Below, in pieces: positions 44,208 to 55,200 of a stretch of 64,000 nucleotides of DNA. Source of the DNA: a virus. Made by a program: the position numbers and the translations under genes. A model generated the notes under the pieces. That model saw only the letters and a list, made by a program, of their open reading frames with translations. It made no database searches and was not told the DNA's origin. Position 1 is the first letter of the stretch, and the number at the start of each line of letters is the position of its first letter. Location of the stretch: positions 1 to 64,000 of IMG/VR virus record IMGVR_UViG_3300007644_000002; one strand, written 5' to 3'.

Positions 44208-45830
44208 CTACCATTCTTCGGGAGTAAACTGCTGTGCTGATATGTCATGCCAACCCGCATTATAGGGATCTGTCAGGTCAAGTTCGGTACTATATGATGA
44301 GCCATCATCAATAATTCCGAATGGGGGTATGTCGTCTTCAATCTCTTTCATTCGTTGTTCAAATAGCATTGTTCTAAAATCAACATCCGCAACATTGCCA
44401 AAAGATTGTGAGCTAACAAAGTATCCAAACATCACAAGGTTCATCATTAAGTCATCATGGTTACCGTCACTCGCTTCGAAAGACAACCCCTTAGATATAA
44501 AGGTTGATATTTCCATGATAGTATTTTCATCGTAAATATCTAGTTTATGATTTTCGATGATGTCCTTGATTGCCGAACATCCAATTCGTTTGACTTTTTT
44601 GTCCATACGAATACCAATAGAATCTGCCTTGATTGCTGACTCTAGATGGATGTTCTCATACTCTAAGTCTTGATATAGACCAACACACACGACCATACCT
44701 TGGTCATTGTTCTCTACGACAACATACGCTTCGTTGTATACGGTAGCATATTTATATATTATGTTGGGATAAAGAATTGGGGATATTCGGTTATTGCGAT
44801 ACACGCATACCTGTTTGAATGGTTGTACTGAAACATCAAATATAGTAAATGTAGAATAATCTTGTCCACGCCCTTGACAAACATCAACGGTCATGATATA
44901 CTGGTGATCTATAATGGGTTCTTCATATACTGATACGTCCCCGCCTTCCAATCGACGAACTGGTTGACGCGCACGTAAATCTAGAAGTATCTGACCCTCA
45001 ATGAGAGTATTACCCGTACCGAAGAACGTATTACCAAATTCTTGGTCAAACTGTAAGGAGGAGGTGTTTGCTATAGTTTGCGCTTTCCACTTCTCGTCTC
45101 GGCCAGGGACATCCCACCAATCTACACGAAACGGTTTGTAGGCATTAACACCCTGTACAGCACCTTCCCATATCTTTTGGAAAGTATTACCAATACCGTT
45201 TGCGGTACTTGTTATGATAACTTTTGTGTCCTTACCGGACGAAATTACAGGATAGGTTGATGTATAGAACTCTGCCGCATTCTCTACGAACGCAAACTCG
45301 TCTAGGAACAGAAGGTTAACCGACATACCACGAATAGAAGAACCAGAGGTTGCTGCAGCAATGATACGAGAGTTATTAGAGAACTCTATTGACCCTTTGT
45401 TAAGTGCTTTACAGCCAGGCTGTAGGAAGAACGGGAGGTTCTCTAACATGAGTGTTACACGAGATAACATCTCACGTGCCGTCGCGCCTTTGTTAGCAAG
45501 AACCGCAATAGTCTTTTCTGGATGAAATACGGCATACCATAAAATATACCCTACCGAACTAATTGATTTACCAGATTGCCTACAAGCGAGAACGATAGAA
45601 AATCTATTATCATTAAAGTGATTAAACATATTTTCTTGATAATCATATAGATCGAAAGGTACTAGACCTTTATCAAGATGAACTACCTTAACATACTTCC
45701 TACAGAAATACGCGGGGTCTTTCATACACTTCTGGTATTCTCGAAGTTTCTTCTTATCCCACTCCTCTGAGACACCGTCACGTTTTACTTGAGGGTTTCC
45801 GAGATAGGAGTTCTTAGTGAAAGATGCCAT
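44208..45830 (-). CDS. 17: terminase large subunit gp17
   Basis: CRQSGKS, LFLDEFAF, ITSTANG, GNHDDLMM. Confidence 0.96.
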   Translation of the reverse strand: MASFTKNSYLGNPQVKRDGVSEEWDKKKLREYQKCMKDPAYFCRKYVKVVHLDKGLVPFDLYDYQENMFNHFNDNRFSIVLACRQSGKSISSVGYILWYAVFHPEKTIAVLANKGATAREMLSRVTLMLENLPFFLQPGCKALNKGSIEFSNNSRIIAAATSGSSIRGMSVNLLFLDEFAFVENAAEFYTSTYPVISSGKDTKVIITSTANGIGNTFQKIWEGAVQGVNAYKPFRVDWWDVPGRDEKWKAQTIANTSSLQFDQEFGNTFFGTGNTLIEGQILLDLRARQPVRRLEGGDVSVYEEPIIDHQYIMTVDVCQGRGQDYSTFTIFDVSVQPFKQVCVYRNNRISPILYPNIIYKYATVYNEAYVVVENNDQGMVVCVGLYQDLEYENIHLESAIKADSIGIRMDKKVKRIGCSAIKDIIENHKLDIYDENTIMEISTFISKGLSFEASDGNHDDLMMNLVMFGYFVSSQSFGNVADVDFRTMLFEQRMKEIEDDIPPFGIIDDGSSYSTELDLTDPYNAGWHDISAQQFTPEEW

Positions 45831-46207
45831 TATGAATCGTCCTGATCAATCACCTTTTCATCACCACCCAATAACATGCGCTGAAGGTCTGTAGTAGAAC
45901 CTACAAATAAATTGTTATTAGTAGTTGTTGCGTCTGCGGGTCTATCGTCTTTTAAAAGTTCTTTCTGCTTCTTGTTCAAATCCATTAACTTATCGTTAAC
46001 GTCAGCGATACCTTTAATCATACCAGCCAGAACTTCAAATGCTCGGGGGTGCTCACTTTCGCGAGCTACCTCAATCATCAACTCTAAAGACTCACGACCC
46101 TTTTCAATAAGGTCGTAGTAAGTTTCACGAGAGTATTCATAGTCTTGTTCATGTACAAAATTACGTTTCTCTTCTTTGTTAGATACCGTTGGGACTTTGC
46201 TCATCAT
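45830..46207 (-). CDS. 16: terminase small subunit gp16
   Basis: DYEYSRE, SEHPRAFEV, NNLFVGSTTDLQ. Confidence 0.92.
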   Translation of the reverse strand: MMSKVPTVSNKEEKRNFVHEQDYEYSRETYYDLIEKGRESLELMIEVARESEHPRAFEVLAGMIKGIADVNDKLMDLNKKQKELLKDDRPADATTTNNNLFVGSTTDLQRMLLGGDEKVIDQDDS

Positions 46208-46958
46208 TAATCTCTATAGTAAATCCATAGTCACTATCAGGACTCACGTCAATTGGGTCTGTAGTAATTCTTATATTACTCAAGAACGGGTTTAAATCAT
46301 CATTGGAAAGCATGTGTATATTAGTGTTAACTTCTCTAATAAGCGTGCCTTCCTTCACTGGCCCGTAGAAATTAGTTTTCATCTCAAAGTTAAGATTATA
46401 TATAATTGTTCTACGTTGCTCTAATGGGCCTTCATAATCATCTTGAAAATCTACACCAGTGAGAGTGACCGGAATATCTTCGACTATATCGGGTAAATCG
46501 CTGAATGGTTTTACCGAGAGCGTGTATTGCGGAGCAAAGTATGGTATAATTTGTTCAACCACTTGTAACGCATCATCTTGCGATTTAGCATAAACTGCTA
46601 ATTGAAACGACAATATATACGGAACACCTGTGTATAAATCTTTTCTTTCACCAATAGGTGCCGCATTAAACGTATTCATTTTAGGTAACTGACGCTGCGG
46701 GTCATAATTAATACCAATTATCTCGAAGGACATTCTAGGTAACTTAATGGCGACGCGACGTTCAGCCTCTTCACCTTGCGACATCTCTTCGAGTCTCTCT
46801 AAGAAACTCCTCTTCGGAGCATAAGATAATGGTACTTTGACTTGTGATAAGACTTTACCGTTAGAGTCTGTTCTCAAAACATGTATGTCATTAAACAGAG
46901 AACCAAATATAGATACGGAAGTCCTTACTCGCTTGTTATAAAAATAAGTACCTAACAT
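46179..46958 (-). CDS. 15: tail sheath stabiliser/completion protein gp15
   Basis: FGSLFNDI, KVPLSYAPK, LPRMSFE, EQIIPYFAP. Confidence 0.92.
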   Translation of the reverse strand: MLGTYFYNKRVRTSVSIFGSLFNDIHVLRTDSNGKVLSQVKVPLSYAPKRSFLERLEEMSQGEEAERRVAIKLPRMSFEIIGINYDPQRQLPKMNTFNAAPIGERKDLYTGVPYILSFQLAVYAKSQDDALQVVEQIIPYFAPQYTLSVKPFSDLPDIVEDIPVTLTGVDFQDDYEGPLEQRRTIIYNLNFEMKTNFYGPVKEGTLIREVNTNIHMLSNDDLNPFLSNIRITTDPIDVSPDSDYGFTIEINDEQSPNGI

Positions 46959-47848
46959 TATGAAACATCTCCGAAGGGGTTCGATTCTGAAAAGTCTAGG
47001 AAATCATTTTCGAAATCATCAAATATTTTATTCTGTGATAGAGGTTGTATTTCGTTTACATTATCCCCAATGGTTCCCTGTACCGGCATATACACCGCAC
47101 CAGACTCCGCAAATACTTCTCGGTCATCAGACCACATGTGGTATTGTCCGTCATCAGCACCCGTGTGCGCGATAGATAGCACACGTGTTTGACTGTTCCA
47201 CGCAGTAACTTCACCGCCAAGTTCAAAATCGTCAAACGTCTGGAATACGTATTCTCCGGTCTCGTAGAAACCACCTTGGTTAGAATCTGGTTCAGCCATA
47301 GTCATATGATACTGATAGGCGTGTTCTTTTTCTACGATATCAATTGCGTCAATACCAGTGTCAAAGTCTTCATCAGAGAACTCAAACAACTCACACTGCA
47401 TACGGAAGAGTGGTAACTGGGATAACTGATAGAAAGGAGTTTCAGTCTCAACTTTCTTGACCTCGAACAAAGACTGAGATAGAGGTAAGAATATAAGATC
47501 ACCCTCCCTTGGTCTGAATTTCTTGTCTGATAGTTTATCACCAATTAATTCCTGCCATCGCCGACGAGCAATCACAAATGTTGCTTGATCGCGTAACTCG
47601 ATACCAAACTTGGTGAACAGGTCTCCCTCTCCGTCAAATCCGTCAGTATTCTCTATGAAAACCTCTACCTTATAGGCGTCAGAGAACTGGGACTGAATGC
47701 TGTCCAGAAAGATATCTTCCCTCTCTACAACTTCTCGGGGTAGATAATAAATGTCCTGACCATAGAATTTAATAGACTCTATAATTAAGTCTTCGTATAA
47801 ACTCTGTTCTGGTCTGTGATTTTGACTTATATATGGATTAGTTGCCAT
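46958..47848 (-). CDS. 14: neck protein gp14
   Basis: ESIKFYGQDIYYLPR, TKFGIELRD, RPREGDLI, NPFG. Confidence 0.92.
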   Translation of the reverse strand: MATNPYISQNHRPEQSLYEDLIIESIKFYGQDIYYLPREVVEREDIFLDSIQSQFSDAYKVEVFIENTDGFDGEGDLFTKFGIELRDQATFVIARRRWQELIGDKLSDKKFRPREGDLIFLPLSQSLFEVKKVETETPFYQLSQLPLFRMQCELFEFSDEDFDTGIDAIDIVEKEHAYQYHMTMAEPDSNQGGFYETGEYVFQTFDDFELGGEVTAWNSQTRVLSIAHTGADDGQYHMWSDDREVFAESGAVYMPVQGTIGDNVNEIQPLSQNKIFDDFENDFLDFSESNPFGDVS

Positions 47849-47851
47849 GGG

Positions 47852-48622
47852 TTACCCTACAAAAAAGATTGGGCCTTCGTCTTCCTCTTCACGGAATTTC
47901 TCCATGATTTTTTCGATGTCTTGTAGAGCATCTTCATAGATTTGACGAGCGTTTACAGTGACACCGCCTGGCAATGTCATTCCATCAAACTTAATCAAGT
48001 TAGTACCCCACTGTCTCTTAATGAGCGCAGTACAATATGATTTGAGAAAACGATGATTCCAAAGAGAGTTATATTCTGTTATTGAATCGTCTGGGTCTCT
48101 AATACCATATACCTCAAATACGATATAATCCCCCGCAGTAAGTTTGCTTTTACCTATAGTTAGATTTATTCTATTATATTGTCTATCGAATAAAATCTCT
48201 GGTTGTCCAGTTAACTTCATGTCCAACAACGATAAGTGTTGCTGCATCTGTTCGTACTGAGCAAGGTCTCCCAAGATGCCATTTCCGGCAACAAAGTCTG
48301 ACATGGTAAATTTCATGTACTGCCATGCGTCACTGAACCATCCATTCTGTGAACCGTTAAAGGACATGGGGAGCATACGAACTACACTTATCATATCCAA
48401 ATTGTCAGGAAAATCGATAGATTGATTGTCGATATCTTCCTGAGTCAATTGATGCTTCAAGTAAAAGCGTTTACTTCCATCTGGATGAAATTCACGAAAC
48501 CACTGAAGTGCTTCGTCTACACGGTCATCCAATTGTTCTTCATCTATATTGACTTCTACTACTGGGTGCCCTAATGCACGCAAGCAATAGTCCATCAAAT
48601 CATCTCGGTTAGTTACATACAT
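47852..48622 (-). CDS. 13: neck protein gp13
   Basis: YCLRALGHPVVEVN, KRQWGTNLIKF, LPGGVTVN. Confidence 0.92.
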   Translation of the reverse strand: MYVTNRDDLMDYCLRALGHPVVEVNIDEEQLDDRVDEALQWFREFHPDGSKRFYLKHQLTQEDIDNQSIDFPDNLDMISVVRMLPMSFNGSQNGWFSDAWQYMKFTMSDFVAGNGILGDLAQYEQMQQHLSLLDMKLTGQPEILFDRQYNRINLTIGKSKLTAGDYIVFEVYGIRDPDDSITEYNSLWNHRFLKSYCTALIKRQWGTNLIKFDGMTLPGGVTVNARQIYEDALQDIEKIMEKFREEEDEGPIFFVG

Positions 48623-48650
48623 GAGGTGCGTCCTAAAGTTATTCTAGTTC

Positions 48651-48658
48651 TATTTATA
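48651..48658 (-). promoter_or_regulatory. T4-type late promoter for gp13
   Basis: TATAAATA. Confidence 0.8.
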
Positions 48659-48675
48659 CGTTTTATAGCGCACAT

Positions 48676-48704
48676 AAAAAAAGGGACACCGAAGTGTCCC
48701 CTTT
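48676..48704 (-). terminator. intrinsic terminator
   Basis: GGGACAC-TTCG-GTGTCCC followed by T7. Confidence 0.9.
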
Positions 48705-48726
48705 CGCATACTACTTATTAGTAATA

Positions 48727-51700
48727 TTAGTTTACAATAACACCATTGATATCATAGATGTCAATACGGTAGTGAGAAGGAGCTTGTCCACCCAAACCGT
48801 TCGCGTTAGTAGATGATGCTACGTGTAGAGATGAAGCAGTTTCCGCTTCGTCAATCTTGATTTCACCAGTGGTTGAATTGTAAGTGATACATAGACCACC
48901 AGACAATACCGACTTAGTACGTTCCGGAGTCCAGTACTTGTTAGTACCTTCACTTAGGTCATCAGTGTCCCAATTTTCGATAGCACCTACTTTAGTATTT
49001 AAAGTAGAGATACTAGCATTGTTAGAACTGACCAATCCTTGTAACGTTCCATCAGCAGATTGGAAAGCAGCAACAATCTCTGTCAATGAATCCAAAGCAG
49101 CTGGATCAGTGTTAGAGACAATACTGTTAATCTGATTCTGAAGTGAATTATCACCAGCAACACGTAACGCAACTTCTGTGTTAATGTTATTCTGGAGAGT
49201 AGTATCACCGGCAGCACGAACAACCAATTCGGCAGCAAGACCGACCTGTAGGTCACTATCAGCAGCCGCACGAGTTGATGCTTCTGTATCAATGTTACCC
49301 TGTAAGAGGATATCCGCAGCAGAACGAGCTGATGCTTCCGAAGTAATCGCAGTATCGTTGACACCTTCCGCAGCAGTAGCACGAGTGATTTCGTTACTGA
49401 TTGAAGTGACAGCAGTATTTAATTCACCGTGTAGTTCGTTGATAGCAACTGCTAGTGAAGCAGCAGTAGTATCAAGAGCAGTACCTATACCAGTGAATGT
49501 CTGTAACGAATCAACATTACCTTCTTCAGTAGACAGACGACCACCCTGAACAGCTACTGTAGATGCTGTGGCAGATGCGAGTCCCTGAACCACTGCCATA
49601 TCTGAGTCTAAAGTATCTACACGACCGTCAATAACATTAATCGCTGAAGAGTTTCCACTCATCAATGACTGTAAATTACCGTCAGCAGCCTCAAACGCAG
49701 CAACAACTTCTACTATAGTATCTAGAGCAGGAATTGTACCGGTAGTGATTGCGTTAACCGCATTCTGTACAGAAGTAATTGCCGCTTGTAGGTTGTTATC
49801 ACCTGTGATACGAGCAGTATTAGCATTCGCAACATCAGTGATTAGACCTGATACAGCGTTTGCGCGTGAAGTAACTTCTGCTGTAATCTGACTCTGTAGA
49901 TCACTGTCAGCACTTTCGCGAGCAAGTTGTTCCGCATCAATATTACTCTGGAGAGTAGTATCAGCAGACGCACGGGTTGATGCTTCAGATGAAATTGCTG
50001 TCGCATTAACACCTTCCGCAGCAGTAGCACGAGTAACTTCTGCCGTGATATTACCTTGAAGTACACTATCAGCAGACGCACGGGTTGATGCTTCAGTAGA
50101 CGCACCAGAACTTAGAGTATGAATCTGTCCCTGTAGGTCATTGTCTAGAGCAGTAACCGCAGATGCGATATCTGCCGCAACAGCTGATTTTGCTTTAGCA
50201 TCAGTAAAGTACTCATTAGAACCTTCCACTAGGTCGCTAGTAGATAGCGCAATCTTAGTGTAAGAAGAACCGTCGAATACTTCCCACTGATCTGAGGTTT
50301 CATTCCATCGAATCTGAGCAGCAGCTTCGTCACCACGCATTACGCGGAAACCAGCATTCTCAGTCGGAGTACCAGAAGTAACATTTGAGTTCAAGTCAAT
50401 GATGTTATCTGCTAATGAGATAGTCTCAGAGTTAACTGTAGTTACAGTACCTTGAACAGATAAATTACCTTGAACATCAACGTCGCCTAAGAAAGACTTA
50501 TTACCTACGTGATCAGCAGCAATCTTACTATCAACATATCCTTTGTTAGCAGCTTCGCCGTCTGTTTGTGGAACCGCAACATTAAAGATGCAGTTACCAT
50601 TCATTTCAACGTCACCGCCGAATTGAGTAGCAGCGCCACCAACAGTTGTGATTGTTTTGCCAGAAGACAGGATAAAATTAGATTTAACCTGAATAGATTC
50701 TGAACCAGCGTTTAGATCAATTACACCACCACCGGAAGTACCGAATGATAGGTTCTGACCTGAGTCCGCGTACATTGTGATTGTACCGCTGTTGTCCTCA
50801 AGGATTTTAGTACCGTTGATGTATAATGAGCCAGGGCCGATATACACATCACGCCATACTTTGTCCGGAGAACCAAGACTATACGTGTCATCTAGAGAAG
50901 GAACCAAATTCTGCCCGATAGATGTACCATCAATAGAGATAGTACCACCAGATACACTAACACCGTCACCAGCAACTAGGTTAGTTGAAAACTCACCGGT
51001 TGATTGGTTATAAGACAATCCAGTACCAGCTTGTACCGACGCACGTGCCTTGGCAGTAGTGAAGTACTCATTAGAACCTTGTGGAATATCAGTAGTAGAA
51101 TATCCTTCTACCGCAGTTATACGAGAACTTAACGCGGTATCAGCAGCGGCACGAGTATTCGCTTCAGCGTCAACAGTGCTACTAACAATAGAAACCGCAT
51201 ATGCGTTCGCTGCCACTTTGGCAGCATCTGCCTTAGTAGTTGCGTCTGCGGATGCCGTAGTTTCCGCCGCCAGTTGGGCAGCGTCTGCTTTAGAAGTCGC
51301 GTCTGCGGATGAGGTAGCGATTGCTGCAAGGACATCACTGTCACGAGCAGATTCTTCCGCACTAAATGATGCAGCAACATCAGATGCGTTTGCCTTGAGA
51401 CCAAGAGCAGCAGTAGTCGCAGTATCGTCAGCTTTAGTTGCGATAGACGCAGTAATTGATGACGCAAAGTTCGCGTCGTCACCCAAGGCAGCTGCCAACT
51501 CGTTAAGAGTATCTAGTGCGCCAGGAGCAGAAGCAACCAATGCGGCAACTTCAGTATCAGTATATGCGTTTGCAGCAGCTTCAGCAGCGTCTGCTTTAGT
51601 AGTTGCGTCAGCAGATGCTGCAGAGATTGCTTCTGATTTAGCAGTATTAATTGCTGAAGTTAGAGTTGTAGTATCTCCGGTCTGCGCACTTTTTACAGTA

Positions 51701-52155
51701 GCAACTTCAGATACTAGTTCGTTAATTGCCGGAACAACATTAGTCGCGACAGTTGAAAGTGAAGCACCACCTTTGACAAATGTTTCTAGGACACCAATAT
51801 CGGAATCTAAGCCACTAATGTCAGCAGGAGTTGCGACTCCACTCGCCAGAGTGTTATTAATTGTAGTAATAGCAGATGCGTTAGCAGCAACAGTTCCGGT
51901 TAAAGTACTGTCCGCAGCTTCAAAAGCAGCAACAATCTCTTGTAAAGTATCCAGAGATTCCGGAGAACTCCCAAGAATTGTAGTTACCTGTGCCTGCAAA
52001 TCAGCCAAGTCGCCTGCGGTTAGTGACGCAACTGCGGTAGCAATCGCATCCGCACTAACGTTACCGTTCGCATCAATGATAGTAATATCATCGATAGACA
52101 GTTCACCGATTATGTTAACGCCATTCTGAATTCTAAATTTTTTGTTCGAAGACAT
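48727..52155 (-). CDS. long fibre protein (1142 aa, coiled-coil repeats)
   Basis: Repeated LDTLxEIVAAF, EAxTRAxAD and TxDLxEGSNxYFT modules; wac/fibritin-like position upstream of gp13. Confidence 0.8.
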   Translation of the reverse strand: MSSNKKFRIQNGVNIIGELSIDDITIIDANGNVSADAIATAVASLTAGDLADLQAQVTTILGSSPESLDTLQEIVAAFEAADSTLTGTVAANASAITTINNTLASGVATPADISGLDSDIGVLETFVKGGASLSTVATNVVPAINELVSEVATVKSAQTGDTTTLTSAINTAKSEAISAASADATTKADAAEAAANAYTDTEVAALVASAPGALDTLNELAAALGDDANFASSITASIATKADDTATTAALGLKANASDVAASFSAEESARDSDVLAAIATSSADATSKADAAQLAAETTASADATTKADAAKVAANAYAVSIVSSTVDAEANTRAAADTALSSRITAVEGYSTTDIPQGSNEYFTTAKARASVQAGTGLSYNQSTGEFSTNLVAGDGVSVSGGTISIDGTSIGQNLVPSLDDTYSLGSPDKVWRDVYIGPGSLYINGTKILEDNSGTITMYADSGQNLSFGTSGGGVIDLNAGSESIQVKSNFILSSGKTITTVGGAATQFGGDVEMNGNCIFNVAVPQTDGEAANKGYVDSKIAADHVGNKSFLGDVDVQGNLSVQGTVTTVNSETISLADNIIDLNSNVTSGTPTENAGFRVMRGDEAAAQIRWNETSDQWEVFDGSSYTKIALSTSDLVEGSNEYFTDAKAKSAVAADIASAVTALDNDLQGQIHTLSSGASTEASTRASADSVLQGNITAEVTRATAAEGVNATAISSEASTRASADTTLQSNIDAEQLARESADSDLQSQITAEVTSRANAVSGLITDVANANTARITGDNNLQAAITSVQNAVNAITTGTIPALDTIVEVVAAFEAADGNLQSLMSGNSSAINVIDGRVDTLDSDMAVVQGLASATASTVAVQGGRLSTEEGNVDSLQTFTGIGTALDTTAASLAVAINELHGELNTAVTSISNEITRATAAEGVNDTAITSEASARSAADILLQGNIDTEASTRAAADSDLQVGLAAELVVRAAGDTTLQNNINTEVALRVAGDNSLQNQINSIVSNTDPAALDSLTEIVAAFQSADGTLQGLVSSNNASISTLNTKVGAIENWDTDDLSEGTNKYWTPERTKSVLSGGLCITYNSTTGEIKIDEAETASSLHVASSTNANGLGGQAPSHYRIDIYDINGVIVN
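49959..50096. repeat. exact 30 bp direct repeat inside the fibre gene
   Basis: tatcagcagacgcacgggttgatgcttcag at 49959 and 50067 (108 bp period). Confidence 0.85.
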
Positions 52156-52226
52156 TTTATTACCTTTGTTTTAGAATTTTTATTTGCGGAGGGGGACGAA
52201 TCCCCCTCCACCTAGGGTTAAAGTTA

Positions 52227-55200
52227 TTATGCGTCGACGTATGTAGCAGATACAGAAACTACAGAACCAGCTGATACAGAAGTGTATAATAGTTCAACAG
52301 TAGAACCAGTAACACGTATATCAGTATCACCTAGTAATGCCGCACCAGTGTATACGATACCGTATTCAGTGATGAAAGCGTCAGTTCCGTTGTGAATAAC
52401 TAGACATTCGCGTGTTTCGAACTCACTACCATTTGCGACAGTAACGATGTACTTAGCAGTTCGGTAGTTTGCTGAGTTGAATGAAGAAACTACTGTAGCA
52501 GAAGTTCCTACAACAATATCATTGCCTTGTTCGAAGACTTTGATGTTATCAGCAAGAGTTTCTAGACCAACAGACTTAGGATCTAGTACACCAACCGAGT
52601 TAGTAGACTGAGCGATAACTACCGCTTGTGTACCAACAGGAATCGCTGCGTTGAAACTGATTGTCTGTGCTTCAGAGTCGATGTTATAGTGTACAGATGG
52701 ATCCTGTACAACACCACCAACAAATACCATCGCGTTAGCTTCTAGAGTTGCGAAGTTTAATGCGAATGTAGTCTGAGCACCGTCACCACTAATAGTCTGA
52801 CGTTGAGCATTGTTAAACGCCAGCTGTGTTGGGTCAACAAGTTCGATACCAGAACCATCAGTCTTAACACGAGCAACAAAACCTTCCTTACCAGTGATAG
52901 TTGAATCTGTAACATCAGTTAGTTCAACGAATGCCTTAGCAGTGTTTAAAGAGAACACACCGTTTGTTACAGAAACATTACCTTCACCAGAAACGTCAGT
53001 GACGGATACTGCCGCGTGAACGCGAGCATTTGTGAAGTAAAGGTTAGTACCATTCGGATCTTCTAGAAGGTCGCTAGTATCAAACTGAGAGATATGCTGT
53101 GCAGCAAGACCCGCGTCCAACTGACCTTTGTTAACTGCGTCAGCATAAACCGTACCGTCTGCAAGACCACCGACCTTGTTACCGGACATGTCTAGATCGC
53201 CAGACATCGCATCGCCAGACTTAGAAACCTTACCGTTAATGTTTGTCTGAAGAAGAGTGTCAGCAGCAGCGAACTCACCACGAATCGCAGAACCCTGTGC
53301 CGCACGTGCGGTAAGTTCCGCAGCAAGACCTGAAGCGTTAGTTGCGATATCAGTTTGGTTCTGAGATACTAGACCAGTAAGAGTACCGTCAGCAGCCTGG
53401 AAGGCAGCTACGATTTCAGTTAACGAATCCAGAGCAGCAGAATCAGTGTTGGCTTTAATAAAGTCGATCTGAGACTGTAAGTTAGCATCGGCACTTTGAC
53501 GTGAATTAGATTCAGTCACAATCGAAGCAGCGTTAATAGAAACGTTAGATGTCAATACACCTTCAGCAGCAAGAGCACGTGATACTTCCGCGTCAAGACT
53601 AACCTGTAGGTCAGAGTCGCCCGCGATTCTAGCAGCAATTTCGTTGTTGATTGAAGTAGTGTTTGCGCCTTCAGCAGCAAGAGCACGAGTCTGTTCCGCT
53701 TTAAGAGCAGCATCCAATTTACTATCAGCATCTTTCAATGTAACAGCAGTGTCTAGGAAGTTAGTACCACTTGGAGCAACATAGTTACCGTTAGCAGCAA
53801 GACCAGCACCTGACTGAGTCGCAGTCATTTCAGTTTCAAGTACAGTAGCACGTGAACTTAGAGTAGCGTCAGCACTTAGACGGGCAGTTACTTCAGCATC
53901 GATTGCGGATTGTAATACGGCATCAGCGTTCGTGCGATCAACTACTTCGTCACCAACAATAGTGTCTGCGTAAATCTTAGCAGCTGCTTCAGCGTTGTTC
54001 GCTTTAGTAGTTGCGTCGACAGAGGCAGATGAAAGAACAACCGCATCGGCAGCAATGTAAGCAGAAGTTATGGCAGTATCAGCAGCAGCAAATTCTGAAC
54101 GGATGGCAGTTTCCTGACCAAGCGCACGAGAAGATTCAGCTGAGATAGCAGCAGCGTTTGAAAGGATGTCCGCTTCCGCAGAATCTACGCGAGCCTCAAT
54201 AGCATTAATTTCACCGTGTAGTTCGTTCGAAGAACCAACAGCAGTTTGTGAAGTTGTAGCGAATACGCCAGAACCCATCTTAGATTCTAGTGAGTCGATG
54301 TCACCTTCGTTAACTGTTAAACGACCTGCCTGTAGAGCTTGTTCAGCTTCAACAGCATTCATTTCGCCTTCTAGAACTGTGACTTGACCTTCAACAGCAG
54401 TCATCTCACCTTGTAGTGTAGAAACTTTACCAGCTTCAACATCTAGTTCAGAGTGGATTTCATTGATAGCAGCAGATAGGTTAGTAGCAGTAGTACCTAG
54501 AGTGGCAACGCCAACTTTAGATTCTAGACCGTCAATGTCACCTTCGTTAACTGTTAGACGACCACCTTGTGCTAATTGCACAGACTCAAGAGTAGTAGCA
54601 CGACCTTCAAGAGCAGTTGAGCGTGACTCTAAATCAGTAGCGCGTACTTCAACAGCATCGATGTCACTTTCAGCAGCAGTCAAACGACCAGAGTTGTTAT
54701 TGATAATGTTCTGGATGTCTGAATCAGCACCTTCGAACGCAGCAACGATTTCTTGAAGTGTATCAAGAGTTTCTGGAGAAGTACCGATGATAGCATCAAC
54801 ACGACCGGTTACTGTGTTAACGTCAGTGCGTAGACCAGACTCAATGCCAGTAGCACGAACGATTTCTGCAGCAAGACCAGATGCGTTAACACCTTCTGCG
54901 GCAGTAGCACGAGCGATTTCAACAGAAAGATCAGAGTCAACACCAGAGATTGATAGGGCATTCGCGTCAACGTCAGTACGTAGAGCAACATCGCCAGCAG
55001 CACGTAATCCAGCTTCAGTTGCGATTGAAGTTGCGTTAACACCTTCCGCAGCAGTAGCACGAGCGATTTCTGCAGCAAGACCAGATGCGTTGACAGCTTC
55101 AGCAGCAAGAGCACGAGTAGTCTCGACACTAATTGCGGCAGCGTTAGCAGCACCAGTAACAGTGTTTGCGTCTACATCAACACGTAGTCCACTTTCGACA

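Noticed and set aside
51050-52129. 359 aa plus-strand ORF (and similar ones at 54787, 56548, 49178, 60122)
   Set aside because: Antisense shadows of Ala/Ser/Thr-rich fibre genes; no SD, promoter or recognisable motif
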